Assembly: GCA_036495685.1 (NCBI GenBank)
Contig: DASXMJ010000023.1
Span: 77,020 to 141,019, forward strand
Source: Candidatus Binataceae bacterium
Lineage (GTDB): Bacteria; Desulfobacterota; Binatia; Binatales; Binataceae
Direction of reading: 5' to 3'
Length of the DNA: 64,000 nt
Position numbers and translations under genes: made by a program. The notes under the pieces were generated by a model. It did not search any database. It was not told the origin of the DNA and saw nothing but the letters and a program-made list of their open reading frames with translations. Of the stretch, positions 8,396 to 19,519 are shown piece by piece (position 1 is the stretch's first letter; the number at the start of each line of letters is the position of its first letter).

Positions 8396-9952
8396 CTAGG
8401 GGCGCATTGTCCGCGTCCTTGGACCCAGCTGGGTGGGGACTATCTCGTAGGCCTGATGGACCCAGTCCACGAGCAACGGGCGGGTATCGCGTGGATCGAT
8501 AATCTCTTCGATTCCAAATGAGTCCGCAGTCCGAATCGGTGAACGAATCGCATTGAATTTTTCTTCCAGTTCGCGCCGGAGTTTTTCGGGATCGCTCGCA
8601 GCTGCCAGATCGCGTTTGTAGGCCGCCTCGATTCCACCCTCAATCGGCAGCGAGCCCCAGTCCGCGGATGGCCATGCGTATCGCAGGTTTAGCCCAGTCG
8701 TAATGCCGTGACCGGCACCCGCCACCCCAAAGGCGCGGCGCACCATGATCGCGACTTTGGGCGTGATGGTCTGGAACATCGCGTAAAGCGCGCGCACGCC
8801 GCGACGGATGGTTCCGGAACTTTCCGCTTCGCGGCCGATCAGAAAGCCCGGTTGATCGACGAAATTGACGATCGGCAGATGGAACGTGTCGCAGAGGTCG
8901 AGGAACTTCGCCATCTTGTCCGATGCGGGTCCATCCAGCGAACCACCGATCGCGTAGGGATCGTTCGCCATCACCGCCACACCGTAACCATCGAGCCGCG
9001 CGAACCCGGTTATCAACGATGGGCCGAAAAACGGCGTCATTTCGAAAAAGGAATCGCGATCCATGACCAGCTCAAGGATTCGCCGTGCATCGTAGCCGTG
9101 GCGGCGGTTGCGCGGAATCAGCGAAATCAGTTCCTCCTCCCGGCGATGGGGGTCGTCACTCGGTGTGACGCGCGGCGGCATTTGCCACACGCTTTGCGGC
9201 AGATAAGAGAGGAAGCGTCGGATCTGCTCGAAGGCCTCCTCTTCGCTCTCGGCTTCGTTGTCGACTGCGCCGCTCGTATGCGCATGGATCTCCGAACCGC
9301 CGAGTTCCTCCTTGGTCAGGTCCTCGCCCACGCCCCATTTGACGACGGGTGGTCCCGCCACGAAGAGCTGACTGGTACCTTTGACCATTACCGCAAAATG
9401 CGTCGCTGCAACCCGCGCCGCGCCGATTCCCGCGACCGAGCCCATGCAACCCGCGACCACCGGCACCTCGCCCATCAGCTGCACGAGAACGTCGAAATCC
9501 GGATTTGCAGGCACGTAGGTACGTCGCGTGGTTTCAAAGGTCTTCACGCTGCCGCCGCCCCCGGTCCCGTCGACCAGCCGGATGATCGGGATGTGCAGTT
9601 CGTGCGCGAGCAGCTCCGCATAGCTGTGCTTGTTGCCAATCGAGGCATCGGCGGCGCCGCCGCGTACCGTGAAGTCGTCGCCACCCACCGCGACCCGTCG
9701 GCCGTTAATGCGGCCAGTCCCACCCACGAAGTTCGCGGGCCGGAACTCGACCAGCTTGTCGCCGTCGTATTTCGTCATTCCGGCAATCGCGCCGTATTCG
9801 TGGAACGAACCTTTGTCGAGCAGCCGATCGAGACGTTCGCGCACCGTCAGCTTACCGCCATCGTGCTGGCGCTTGATATTCTCGACGCCGCCCATCTGCT
9901 TGGCTAACTGCTCGCGGCGGCGAATTTCATCGATCTCGGGCTGCCAGGACAT
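8396..9952 (-). CDS. acyl-CoA carboxylase carboxyltransferase subunit (PccB/MmdA family)
   Basis: The N-terminus (MSWQPEIDEIRRREQLAKQMGG...KRQHDGGKLTVRERLDRLLD) and overall length match propionyl-CoA carboxylase beta / methylmalonyl-CoA decarboxylase alpha. The ATG at 9952 has a GGAGGGAG RBS 6 nt upstream. Confidence 0.85.
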   Translation of the reverse strand: MSWQPEIDEIRRREQLAKQMGGVENIKRQHDGGKLTVRERLDRLLDKGSFHEYGAIAGMTKYDGDKLVEFRPANFVGGTGRINGRRVAVGGDDFTVRGGAADASIGNKHSYAELLAHELHIPIIRLVDGTGGGGSVKTFETTRRTYVPANPDFDVLVQLMGEVPVVAGCMGSVAGIGAARVAATHFAVMVKGTSQLFVAGPPVVKWGVGEDLTKEELGGSEIHAHTSGAVDNEAESEEEAFEQIRRFLSYLPQSVWQMPPRVTPSDDPHRREEELISLIPRNRRHGYDARRILELVMDRDSFFEMTPFFGPSLITGFARLDGYGVAVMANDPYAIGGSLDGPASDKMAKFLDLCDTFHLPIVNFVDQPGFLIGREAESSGTIRRGVRALYAMFQTITPKVAIMVRRAFGVAGAGHGITTGLNLRYAWPSADWGSLPIEGGIEAAYKRDLAAASDPEKLRRELEEKFNAIRSPIRTADSFGIEEIIDPRDTRPLLVDWVHQAYEIVPTQLGPRTRTMRP

Positions 9953-10133
9953 ACTCGTCTCCCTCCGCAATCCTCCGATCCTAGCGCCTTTGCCCTCTCG
10001 CTGTCAGGGAGAGGACCCGAGGAGAGTCCAGCCGCAAGCGCGGCTCTTTCGCCCGCGCTTCAGCAGGGCGCGGCGAGTTTCCCGTCGCGGGAGAGGTAAT
10101 CGATCTGTTACCTTCTACGCCGTGACCACTCCG

Positions 10134-11489
10134 ATGCCGCCCGCGAAGCGCGCCGCCCTTACCGGATGGGGCCGCTACCCGAGTGCCGCGAGTGATATTT
10201 TCCGACCCGAAAAACTCGCCGAGCTTGCGGCGATCGTCAGCAGCAATGCGACTTCTCTCATCGCGCGTGGAGCGGGTCGCGCCTACGGCGATGCGGCCCT
10301 GAATCACGACCAACGGGTCGTTGATGTACAGCGGCTCAACCGCATGCTGGCATTCGACCCCGACAGTGGGTTGCTCCGATGTGAGGCCGGCGTAACGCTC
10401 GCGGCAATAATCGAGGTCTTCCTGCGACGCGGTTTTTTCCCGCCGGTGGTTCCGGGAACCCAGTTTGTCACGCTGGGCGGTTCGGTCGCCGCCGATATCC
10501 ACGGCAAGAGCCACCACCGCGATTCGTCTCTGGCCACCCACGTCACCTGTATCGAGCTGATGCTCGCATCGGGCGAAGTGAAACGCTGCTCGCGCGAGGA
10601 AAATCCTGACCTTTTCTGGGCGACGGTGGGAGGAATGGGGCTCACGGGCGTCATCCTCGAGGTCGAGCTGCGCCTGCGTCGCGTGGAGAGCGCGTGGTTC
10701 GATGGCGAAATCGCGATAGCGGCCAACCTCGACGAAGCCATCGAGACCTTCGAGCGCACCGAACGACAATATGGATACTCTGTCGCCTGGATCGATTGCG
10801 CCGGGACGCGCGGCTCACTAGGCCGCTCGGTCATCAACCTTGGCAACGTCGCCTCTCGCGAGGCGCTCGCTCCTCCGCTCCGCCAGCAGCCGCTTCGGAT
10901 TCCGTCCCGATTCGCTCCCACGGTGCCCTTCAATCTGCCCAACTTCACGTTGAGCTCGCTCGGCATCAAGACCTTCAACGCCGCGATCTATGCGATGAAC
11001 CGCAAAGGCCCGCGCCTGTTCGACTACCAGAGCTTTTTTTTTCCGCTCGATTTCATCCGCCACTGGAACCGCATCTACGGCCAGCGCGGGTTCGTTCAGT
11101 ACCAGTGCGTATGGCCAGCCAACGAAAGCCGCGAGGGCCTGATCGAGATGCTCGAAGCGATCAGCAAATGGGGCGGCGGGTCCTTCCTGACGGTACTCAA
11201 GAAATTCGGCCCCCAGGACGGGATGCTTTCCTTTCCGATGCCCGGCTACACACTCGCGTTGGATTTTCCGGTGAGCAAAGGGCTGATGGAATTTCTCGAC
11301 CGACTGGATGCCATGGTCCTCAAGCGCGCCGGCCGCGTGTACCTGGCCAAAGATGCGCGCCTCAAACCGGAGATGTTCAGTGCAATGTATCCAAACCTCG
11401 CGCGGTGGCAACAAGTCAAACGCGCGGCCGATCCCAACAACCGGTTCTCGTCAAACCTCGCGCGCAGGGTCGGCCTGCTGCCATCGTAG
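10134..11489 (+). CDS. dprE1: decaprenylphosphoryl-beta-D-ribose 2'-oxidase (DprE1), FAD-dependent
   Basis: Near-motif-for-motif match to mycobacterial DprE1: LTGWGR, GRAYGD, VPGTQFVTLGG, DIHGKSHH, LFWATVGGMGLTGVI, FGPQDGMLSFPMPGYTLALDFP, RVYLAKDAR, LARRVGLL. The track ORF N-terminal extension overlaps the upstream gene and is rejected. Confidence 0.85.
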   Translation: MPPAKRAALTGWGRYPSAASDIFRPEKLAELAAIVSSNATSLIARGAGRAYGDAALNHDQRVVDVQRLNRMLAFDPDSGLLRCEAGVTLAAIIEVFLRRGFFPPVVPGTQFVTLGGSVAADIHGKSHHRDSSLATHVTCIELMLASGEVKRCSREENPDLFWATVGGMGLTGVILEVELRLRRVESAWFDGEIAIAANLDEAIETFERTERQYGYSVAWIDCAGTRGSLGRSVINLGNVASREALAPPLRQQPLRIPSRFAPTVPFNLPNFTLSSLGIKTFNAAIYAMNRKGPRLFDYQSFFFPLDFIRHWNRIYGQRGFVQYQCVWPANESREGLIEMLEAISKWGGGSFLTVLKKFGPQDGMLSFPMPGYTLALDFPVSKGLMEFLDRLDAMVLKRAGRVYLAKDARLKPEMFSAMYPNLARWQQVKRAADPNNRFSSNLARRVGLLPS

Positions 11490-11888
11490 TTCGATGAATG
11501 TGCGACCCAACCCGGTCCCCAGGCGGGAAGCGGGATCCGTAGGCAATGCAGTCACGATCAGTGCCGCGATTTTCTCGGCGGCGTCGATTTCACTCGCACT
11601 TCGAACCACGCCGCACGCCAGATCCCTCCGGCGGCCCGGATGCGAAACGACTTTCTCCCCGATGGGGAAACGGTCGCGCCCCACCTACGGGACCGGAGAG
11701 ACAACGATTCAGAGACCTCGGGGCTCCCTTTCCAAAGCAAGACGGCGCCAGAACATCACGCATCGATGCACGGGCACGGATGCCCCCGCCGCAATCTTTT
11801 TGGCGGCAATGCGGTCTTGGAGGCCAGCGCACTCACCAGCGGAGCGCGAGGACTTTCGCCTGCCCACACGGACGAACCGAACGGTGCG

Positions 11889-12623
11889 ATGTCTAAGATC
11901 CTGATCCTCGGCGCGACCAGCCCTATCGCGCGCGCTCTCGCGATGCGCTTCGCGGCGGAGGGCAATTCGGTTTTTCTCGCAGCCCGCGACCGGGTAGAGG
12001 CCGAGCGATTGGCCGCCGATATCACCATCCGAACCGGGGCAGCAGCGATTCCGGGGGTTTTCGACGCGGCCGAATTGTACTTTCATGCGACGTTCTTTGA
12101 AAAGACCCTAGCAGCATTGGGCGGCCTCGATGGTGTTATCCTCTGCTTCGGCACTCTGGGCGACGAAACGACAGCGCAGACCAGCCCCGACGAAGCGGTC
12201 GCAACCGTGAACCAGAATTTCACCGGCGCCGTGAGCCTGTTGACACTCGCCGCCCGCCACCTGGAGCAGCAGCGCAGCGGCTTCATCGTCGTGATCGGCT
12301 CGGTCGCGGGCGAGCGCGGGCGCGCAAAGAACTACGTATACGGCTCCGCCAAAGGCGCCCTGGCGATATTCGCCCAGGGCCTGCGGGCACGGATGGCGCG
12401 CGCCGGGGTGCAGGTTCTGACAGTCAAGCTCGGCACTGTCGACACTCGCATGACCTGGGGTCGCGACAGTCGGCTCGTAATGGCTCCAGAAGCCGCCGCT
12501 GACAAGATCATCGCCGCCTGGCGCCGCAAGGCCGAGGTGGTCTACGTGCCATGGTTGTGGCGGCCGATTATGGGAGTAGTCAGGATGATCCCCGAGCGCA
12601 TCTTCAAGCGCACAACTTTTTAG
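11889..12623 (+). CDS. dprE2: decaprenylphospho-2'-keto-ribose reductase (DprE2), SDR family
   Basis: The Rossmann N-terminus ILILGATSPIARA, AGERGRAKNYVYGSAKGALA, VLTVKLGTVDTRM and a C-terminal RMIPERIFK match Rv3791-like DprE2. Confidence 0.8.
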   Translation: MSKILILGATSPIARALAMRFAAEGNSVFLAARDRVEAERLAADITIRTGAAAIPGVFDAAELYFHATFFEKTLAALGGLDGVILCFGTLGDETTAQTSPDEAVATVNQNFTGAVSLLTLAARHLEQQRSGFIVVIGSVAGERGRAKNYVYGSAKGALAIFAQGLRARMARAGVQVLTVKLGTVDTRMTWGRDSRLVMAPEAAADKIIAAWRRKAEVVYVPWLWRPIMGVVRMIPERIFKRTTF

Positions 12624-12875
12624 CAATTTTCTGTTGGCTTTTCTTGAACAGGTCTGGGGGAACCGAATTCACACACAAGATGCAAAATTCCGGTCCCCTG
12701 AAACGCAAATGCACTTCACGGAGTGCTGCCGGCAACACCGATGGCAGGACCCTTGCTCGCAGAACAGATCGCTGCCGGGCGCTTGGACTCGCGCTAGCAT
12801 TTTGTCCGATCCGCCGGCTGCACTATAAAAAGTATATGGGCGGATCTTATCGCCCCAACCACGAGGAATCATTTT

Positions 12876-14054
12876 ATGGCTGGAGAGCCGGGACAACTTC
12901 GCAAGCTCAAATACCAAGGGGCCGTCGATGCCGATGGACACGTTCTCGAAGACGCCGCCCTCTGGGACCGGTATATCGAGGCAAAGTACAAGCCGGGTGC
13001 TGTACGAATCCGCCAAGACGATCGCGGCGAAGAGCACCTTGAAATTGGCGGCAAGTTCTCCAAGATTTTCTATGGCCCGCGGCTGGCGGGATTGAGCGGC
13101 ATGGGCTCCACGCGCGAGCAGCCGTGGCAGAATCTTCGCGGCTACGGCGTGAACGCTCCGTTCGGCGCAATGGATCCCAAGGAGCGCCTGACCCGAATCG
13201 AGAAGGAAGGTCTCAGGGCCGCATTCATCTATCCTACCCTGAGCCTGCTCTATGAAACCGAGTGCGAGGACATCGAACTCGCCCAGGCACTAACGCGCGC
13301 CTACAACCGATGGATTGTGGACTTCTGCAAGGACAGCGGTGGCAAGCTAATTCCGATCGCGCATTTGTCGCTGGGCGATCCCGAGGCCGCCGCTCGCGAA
13401 CTCGAACGTGCCGTGAAAGACGGCTGCAAGGGCGGATGGGTGGCGCCATTCGTAATGACGCGCAAGCCGCATGCGCATCCCGATCACGACGCGCTGTTCG
13501 CCAGGGCCCAGGAACTTGGCGTGCCGCTGGGAATCCATCCGACTATTGAACCGAACTGGGCTCAACCCGGCAGATACGACTGGAAGTATCTGCGCGGGCA
13601 GTTCTACTTCCTGAATGTCACCGCCGGTGACGGCATCCGCCACGCTTTCACCTCGTTCTTCCAGTACGGAACCCTCGACAAATTTCCGCAATTGAAACTG
13701 GTTCTGCTGGAGGCGGGCGCTGGGTGGATCGCGTACTGGCTCGACCGGCTCGACGCGGTCTACGCGAGCGGAATCGGCCGCACGGTGCCGCTGAAGGAAA
13801 AGCCCAGCGTCTATTTCAAACGGCAATGCTGGATTTCAGCCGATCCGGACGAGTCGGCGTTACCCGCGATGGTTGACTTGGTCGGCGCCGAGCGCTTTTT
13901 CTGGGCATCCGATTTTCCGCATCCCGATCACGTCGGCGATTACATCGAGGAAGTTGAAGAACTGGGTGGCAAGCTGAAACCCGGCGACCGCGAAAAGGTG
14001 CTGGGGACCAACGTGATGCAAGCCTACGGCTGCCATGACCTAGGCGCCCTCTAA
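12876..14054 (+). CDS. amidohydrolase-2 family (ACMSD/LigW-like metal-dependent hydrolase/decarboxylase)
   Basis: 392 aa with a TIM-barrel amidohydrolase_2 signature, including a C-terminal FWASDFPHPDH and an N-terminal DADGHVLE. Confidence 0.7.
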   Translation: MAGEPGQLRKLKYQGAVDADGHVLEDAALWDRYIEAKYKPGAVRIRQDDRGEEHLEIGGKFSKIFYGPRLAGLSGMGSTREQPWQNLRGYGVNAPFGAMDPKERLTRIEKEGLRAAFIYPTLSLLYETECEDIELAQALTRAYNRWIVDFCKDSGGKLIPIAHLSLGDPEAAARELERAVKDGCKGGWVAPFVMTRKPHAHPDHDALFARAQELGVPLGIHPTIEPNWAQPGRYDWKYLRGQFYFLNVTAGDGIRHAFTSFFQYGTLDKFPQLKLVLLEAGAGWIAYWLDRLDAVYASGIGRTVPLKEKPSVYFKRQCWISADPDESALPAMVDLVGAERFFWASDFPHPDHVGDYIEEVEELGGKLKPGDREKVLGTNVMQAYGCHDLGAL

Positions 14055-14106
14055 AGCGACGCGGCGCAAGGTTTCTCGGCGCACAGATTTTACCGGCCCG
14101 GAACCA

Positions 14107-14138
14107 AACGGCCCCCGAGGAAACCCTCGGGGGCCGTT
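14107..14138. terminator. bidirectional intrinsic terminator hairpin between convergent genes
   Basis: A perfect 14-bp inverted repeat, AACGGCCCCCGAGG, a 4-nt loop, then CCTCGGGGGCCGTT, followed by CATTTTCC. It lies between the amidohydrolase stop at 14054 and the korB stop at 14164. Confidence 0.6.
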
Positions 14139-14163
14139 CATTTTCCGCTATTGAGCCCGCCCG

Positions 14164-15165
14164 TCAGCTAACTGACCAGGTATCGCCCTTCAGCATCAGC
14201 TTCGCGAGGCTACCGGCACCCTGCTTGGCCTGCGACTCCTCGAGTTGCTGATTCATCGCCGCGTCATAGGTCGGACGTGACACCGCGTAGAAAACCCCCA
14301 CCGGGGTGGGCATCGGCGGCTCGAAGTTGCCCAGCATGAACGCGAGCGACAAATTGCTCTCGTCGTGCACGACCAGGTCTTTTTCGCTCGCGCCGTTCGT
14401 CCCGAGCACCACGACTTCCGGGCGCATGCCGTTCATCCTGATGCCTTTATCGCGGTTCTTGCCGAAGATAAGAGGCTTACCGTGTTCGAGCACCAGCTGA
14501 TGCTCAGCCTTGATGCCCTTATCGCTCACGTCGTTGAATGCGCCATCGTTGAAGATGTTGCAGTTCTGCAGAATCTCAAGGAACGAAGCGCCGCGGTGTT
14601 GGTGCGCGCGCTTGAGCATCTCGCCCAGGTGCTTTTGTTCGACGTCGATCGCACGCGCCACAAAGGTCGCATGCGTCCCGAGCGCAACCGTAATGGGATT
14701 GAACGGAAAATCCACCGACCCGGCAGGCGTCGACTTGGTAACCTTGCCGACCTCTGAAGTCGGCGAATACTGGCCCTTGGTCAATCCGTAGATCTTGTTG
14801 TTGAAGAGCAGAATCTTCAGGTCAACGTTGCGGCGCAGCACGTGAATCAGGTGATTGCCCCCGATGGATAGCCCGTCGCCATCCCCGGTCACCACCCACA
14901 CGTCGAGGTCCGGCCGCGTTACCTTGAGTCCGGTCGCGATCGCTGGCGCACGGCCATGAATGGTGTGGAAGCCATAGGTGTTCATGTAGTAGGGGAAGCG
15001 GCTCGAGCATCCGATACCGGAGATGAACACGACCTTGTGCGGCTCGATGCCAAATTCCGGCATCGTCTTCTGCACCTGCGCGAGAATCGCATAGTCGCCG
15101 CATCCCGGGCACCAGCGCACCTCCTGGTCAGAAACAAAATCTTTGCGGTTAAGCGCGGTAGCCAT
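14164..15165 (-). CDS. korB: 2-oxoglutarate/2-oxoacid:ferredoxin oxidoreductase beta subunit (TPP-binding)
   Basis: Carries CPGCGDY, the TPP motif GDGDGLSIGGNHL, and KGQYSPTS. Confidence 0.9.
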   Translation of the reverse strand: MATALNRKDFVSDQEVRWCPGCGDYAILAQVQKTMPEFGIEPHKVVFISGIGCSSRFPYYMNTYGFHTIHGRAPAIATGLKVTRPDLDVWVVTGDGDGLSIGGNHLIHVLRRNVDLKILLFNNKIYGLTKGQYSPTSEVGKVTKSTPAGSVDFPFNPITVALGTHATFVARAIDVEQKHLGEMLKRAHQHRGASFLEILQNCNIFNDGAFNDVSDKGIKAEHQLVLEHGKPLIFGKNRDKGIRMNGMRPEVVVLGTNGASEKDLVVHDESNLSLAFMLGNFEPPMPTPVGVFYAVSRPTYDAAMNQQLEESQAKQGAGSLAKLMLKGDTWSVS

Positions 15166-15171
15166 TTCTAC

Positions 15172-17073
15172 TCAGCCCTCCAATGCCCGCTGGATACGGG
15201 TTACGAGTTCGCTCACCTTGAAGGGACGCCCCTGGATTTTGTTGAAGCCAAAGGCGTCGATTAGATAGTCGGCGCGAATCATTTTAAGTAGTTGCCCCAT
15301 ATTCATCTCGGCAACCATCACCTGCTTGAACTTGCGCAGCCGCTCCGCGAGGTCCTTCGGGAGCGGATTCAGATAGCGCAGATGGATATGGGAAACCTTA
15401 CGGCCCTTCTCGCGCACCTGCTTGACTGCCTCGCGAATCGGACCGAACGTCGAACCCCATCCGAGCACCACCAGGTCACCGCCGTCCGGGTCGCCGAACA
15501 CCTGGGTCGGCGGAATTTCCTGCGCAATGCCGGCGACCTTGCGCGCACGAATGCGAATCATCAGCTCGTGATTGGCGGGCGAGTAGCTGATGTTGCCGGT
15601 GAGGTTTTCTCCCGTAATGCCGCCCAGGCGGTGCTCCAAGCCGGGAGTGCCCGGAATCGCCCAGGGGCGCGCCAACGTCTCGTCGTCGCGCGAATAGGGC
15701 AGGAATCCGTTCGGGTCCGTGCGGAACTCCACCTTGATTGGTGGTAACTGCTCGATATCGGGTAGCAGCCACGGCTCCGCACCGTTCGCGAGCTGCCCGT
15801 CGGTCATCAGGATGACCGGCGTCATATACTTGATCGCGATTCGCACCGCTTCGTAGGCGCATTCAAAGCAATCGGCGGGCGTGCAAGCTGCGATGATCGG
15901 AATCGGTGACTCGCCGTGCCGGCCGTACATCGCCATCAGCAGGTCGGCCTGTTCAGGCTTGGTCGGCATTCCGGTCGAAGGGCCCGCGCGCTGAATATCG
16001 GTAACGACCAGCGGCAACTCGACCTTCACGGCAAGGCCGATAGCCTCTTCTTTGAGATTCATGCCCGGGCCGGAGGTCGTGGTAATCCCGATCGCACCCC
16101 CGAACGCCGCGCCGATCGCCGACGATACGCCGGCAATCTCGTCTTCGGCCTGGAAAGTATAAATCGGAAAATTCTTGAGACCGGAGAGTTCGTGCAACAC
16201 GTCGCTGGCCGGGGTAATCGGGTACGAACCCAGAAACAGCGGGCGTCCCGCCTTGACCGCCGCCGCGACGAACCCGAGCGCGGTGGCGGTGTTACCGGTG
16301 ATATTGCGATATAGGCCCGGTTTGATCTTCGCGGCCGGGACTTCGTACGACGATGCGAACATCTCGGTCGTCTCGCCGTAGTTGAAGCCTGCCTTGAAAG
16401 TACGCAGATTTGCCTCGAGTACGTCAGGGGTCTTCTTGAAACGCGTCTCCAGGTACTGAATCGTGCTCTGGGTTGGTCGCTGATAGAGCCACGACAGCAT
16501 ACCGAGCACGAACATGTTGCGGCAGCGGAACACGGCGCGGTTGTTCAGGCCCATGCCATGGGTCGCCAGTGTGGTCAGCTTGGTGACGTCGACCTGGATA
16601 ACCTGGAACTTGTCCAGCGAATGATCGGTCAGGGGGTTTGAGTTGTAACCGGCGCGCTTTAGGTTGGCGTCGGTAAATGCTTCGCGATCGACGATCACCA
16701 CGGCGTTGGGAGGGATGTCCTCCAGGTTCGCCATCAGGGCCGCCGGATTCATCGCGACCAGTACGTTGGGCTCGTCGCCCGCGGTGAAGATCTCGTTGCT
16801 CGAAAAATTGAGCTGGAAGCCGCTGACCCCGGCCAGAGTTCCCGCCGGAGCGCGAATTTCCGCGGGAAAGTCGGGCAGTGTCGCGATGTCGTTACCGGCG
16901 AGTGCCGACTCCGCCGTAAACTGCATCCCGGTTAACTGCATCCCATCGCCCGAGTCCCCGGCAAAGCGGATGACGACCCGATCGCGCTTTAAGTGGGGTT
17001 TCTCTGCGCCAGCGGATCCCGCTTGACCCTGCGATCCGGCAGTCTGCGCGGCAGCCTCAGGTGGTACAGCCAT
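15172..17073 (-). CDS. korA: 2-oxoglutarate/2-oxoacid:ferredoxin oxidoreductase alpha subunit
   Basis: 633 aa with pyruvate:ferredoxin-oxidoreductase-type domains. It sits 7 nt upstream of korB. An AAGGAG RBS lies 9 nt before the ATG. Confidence 0.9.
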   Translation of the reverse strand: MAVPPEAAAQTAGSQGQAGSAGAEKPHLKRDRVVIRFAGDSGDGMQLTGMQFTAESALAGNDIATLPDFPAEIRAPAGTLAGVSGFQLNFSSNEIFTAGDEPNVLVAMNPAALMANLEDIPPNAVVIVDREAFTDANLKRAGYNSNPLTDHSLDKFQVIQVDVTKLTTLATHGMGLNNRAVFRCRNMFVLGMLSWLYQRPTQSTIQYLETRFKKTPDVLEANLRTFKAGFNYGETTEMFASSYEVPAAKIKPGLYRNITGNTATALGFVAAAVKAGRPLFLGSYPITPASDVLHELSGLKNFPIYTFQAEDEIAGVSSAIGAAFGGAIGITTTSGPGMNLKEEAIGLAVKVELPLVVTDIQRAGPSTGMPTKPEQADLLMAMYGRHGESPIPIIAACTPADCFECAYEAVRIAIKYMTPVILMTDGQLANGAEPWLLPDIEQLPPIKVEFRTDPNGFLPYSRDDETLARPWAIPGTPGLEHRLGGITGENLTGNISYSPANHELMIRIRARKVAGIAQEIPPTQVFGDPDGGDLVVLGWGSTFGPIREAVKQVREKGRKVSHIHLRYLNPLPKDLAERLRKFKQVMVAEMNMGQLLKMIRADYLIDAFGFNKIQGRPFKVSELVTRIQRALEG

Positions 17074-17197
17074 CTCAGTCCAATCTCCTTGTCCCTCGTG
17101 TTTGGAAAGTACTCCGGTTTGACGAAGGGCTACAAACGTTCACGCACGCAGAATTAAAGTATAACTAATGTGTGGTAAGCGCGAAAGAGGCCCATTC
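17074..17197 (-). promoter_or_regulatory. candidate promoter region for korAB: an AT-rich island in a GC-rich background
   Basis: On the minus strand, TTGCCG (-35-like), a spacer, TAAGAAT, and further TTAGTTATACTTTAAT with a TATACT -10-like hexamer. It lies about 60-100 nt upstream of the korA ATG. Confidence 0.3.
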
Positions 17198-17479
17198 TTA
17201 TCTGATGCGAAAATCGGCAAATTGACCGCTATATTCTGACCATTCCTCGTGCACTCTGCTGACATGAGCGGCAGGCGGTCCGAGGTGTGCCCACGCCGCG
17301 AGCATCTTGAGTACATCTTCCCGCCCTTCGGCCACGATCTCAACCTCTCCTGACGGCCGGTTGCGAACCCATCCCTTTAGTCCAAGATCTTGCGCCTCGT
17401 CTCTGGCCGTGTAGCGAAAGCCTACCCCTTGGACTCGCCCGCTCACGATCATGCGAAGCTGCCTCAGGTGAGGCTCCAT
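17198..17479 (-). CDS. acyP: acylphosphatase
   Basis: 93 aa with VSGRVQGVGFRY and GWVRNRPSGEVE motifs. Confidence 0.8.
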   Translation of the reverse strand: MEPHLRQLRMIVSGRVQGVGFRYTARDEAQDLGLKGWVRNRPSGEVEIVAEGREDVLKMLAAWAHLGPPAAHVSRVHEEWSEYSGQFADFRIR

Positions 17480-17482
17480 TCC

Positions 17483-19519
<2,037 letters not shown>

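Noticed and set aside
9630-10133. N-terminal 168-aa extension of the DprE1 ORF in the track (start at 9630)
   Set aside because: It overlaps the carboxyltransferase gene on the opposite strand and is Pro/Arg/Ser-rich. DprE1 homology begins at MPPAKRAALTGWGR (10134), which has its own start codon.
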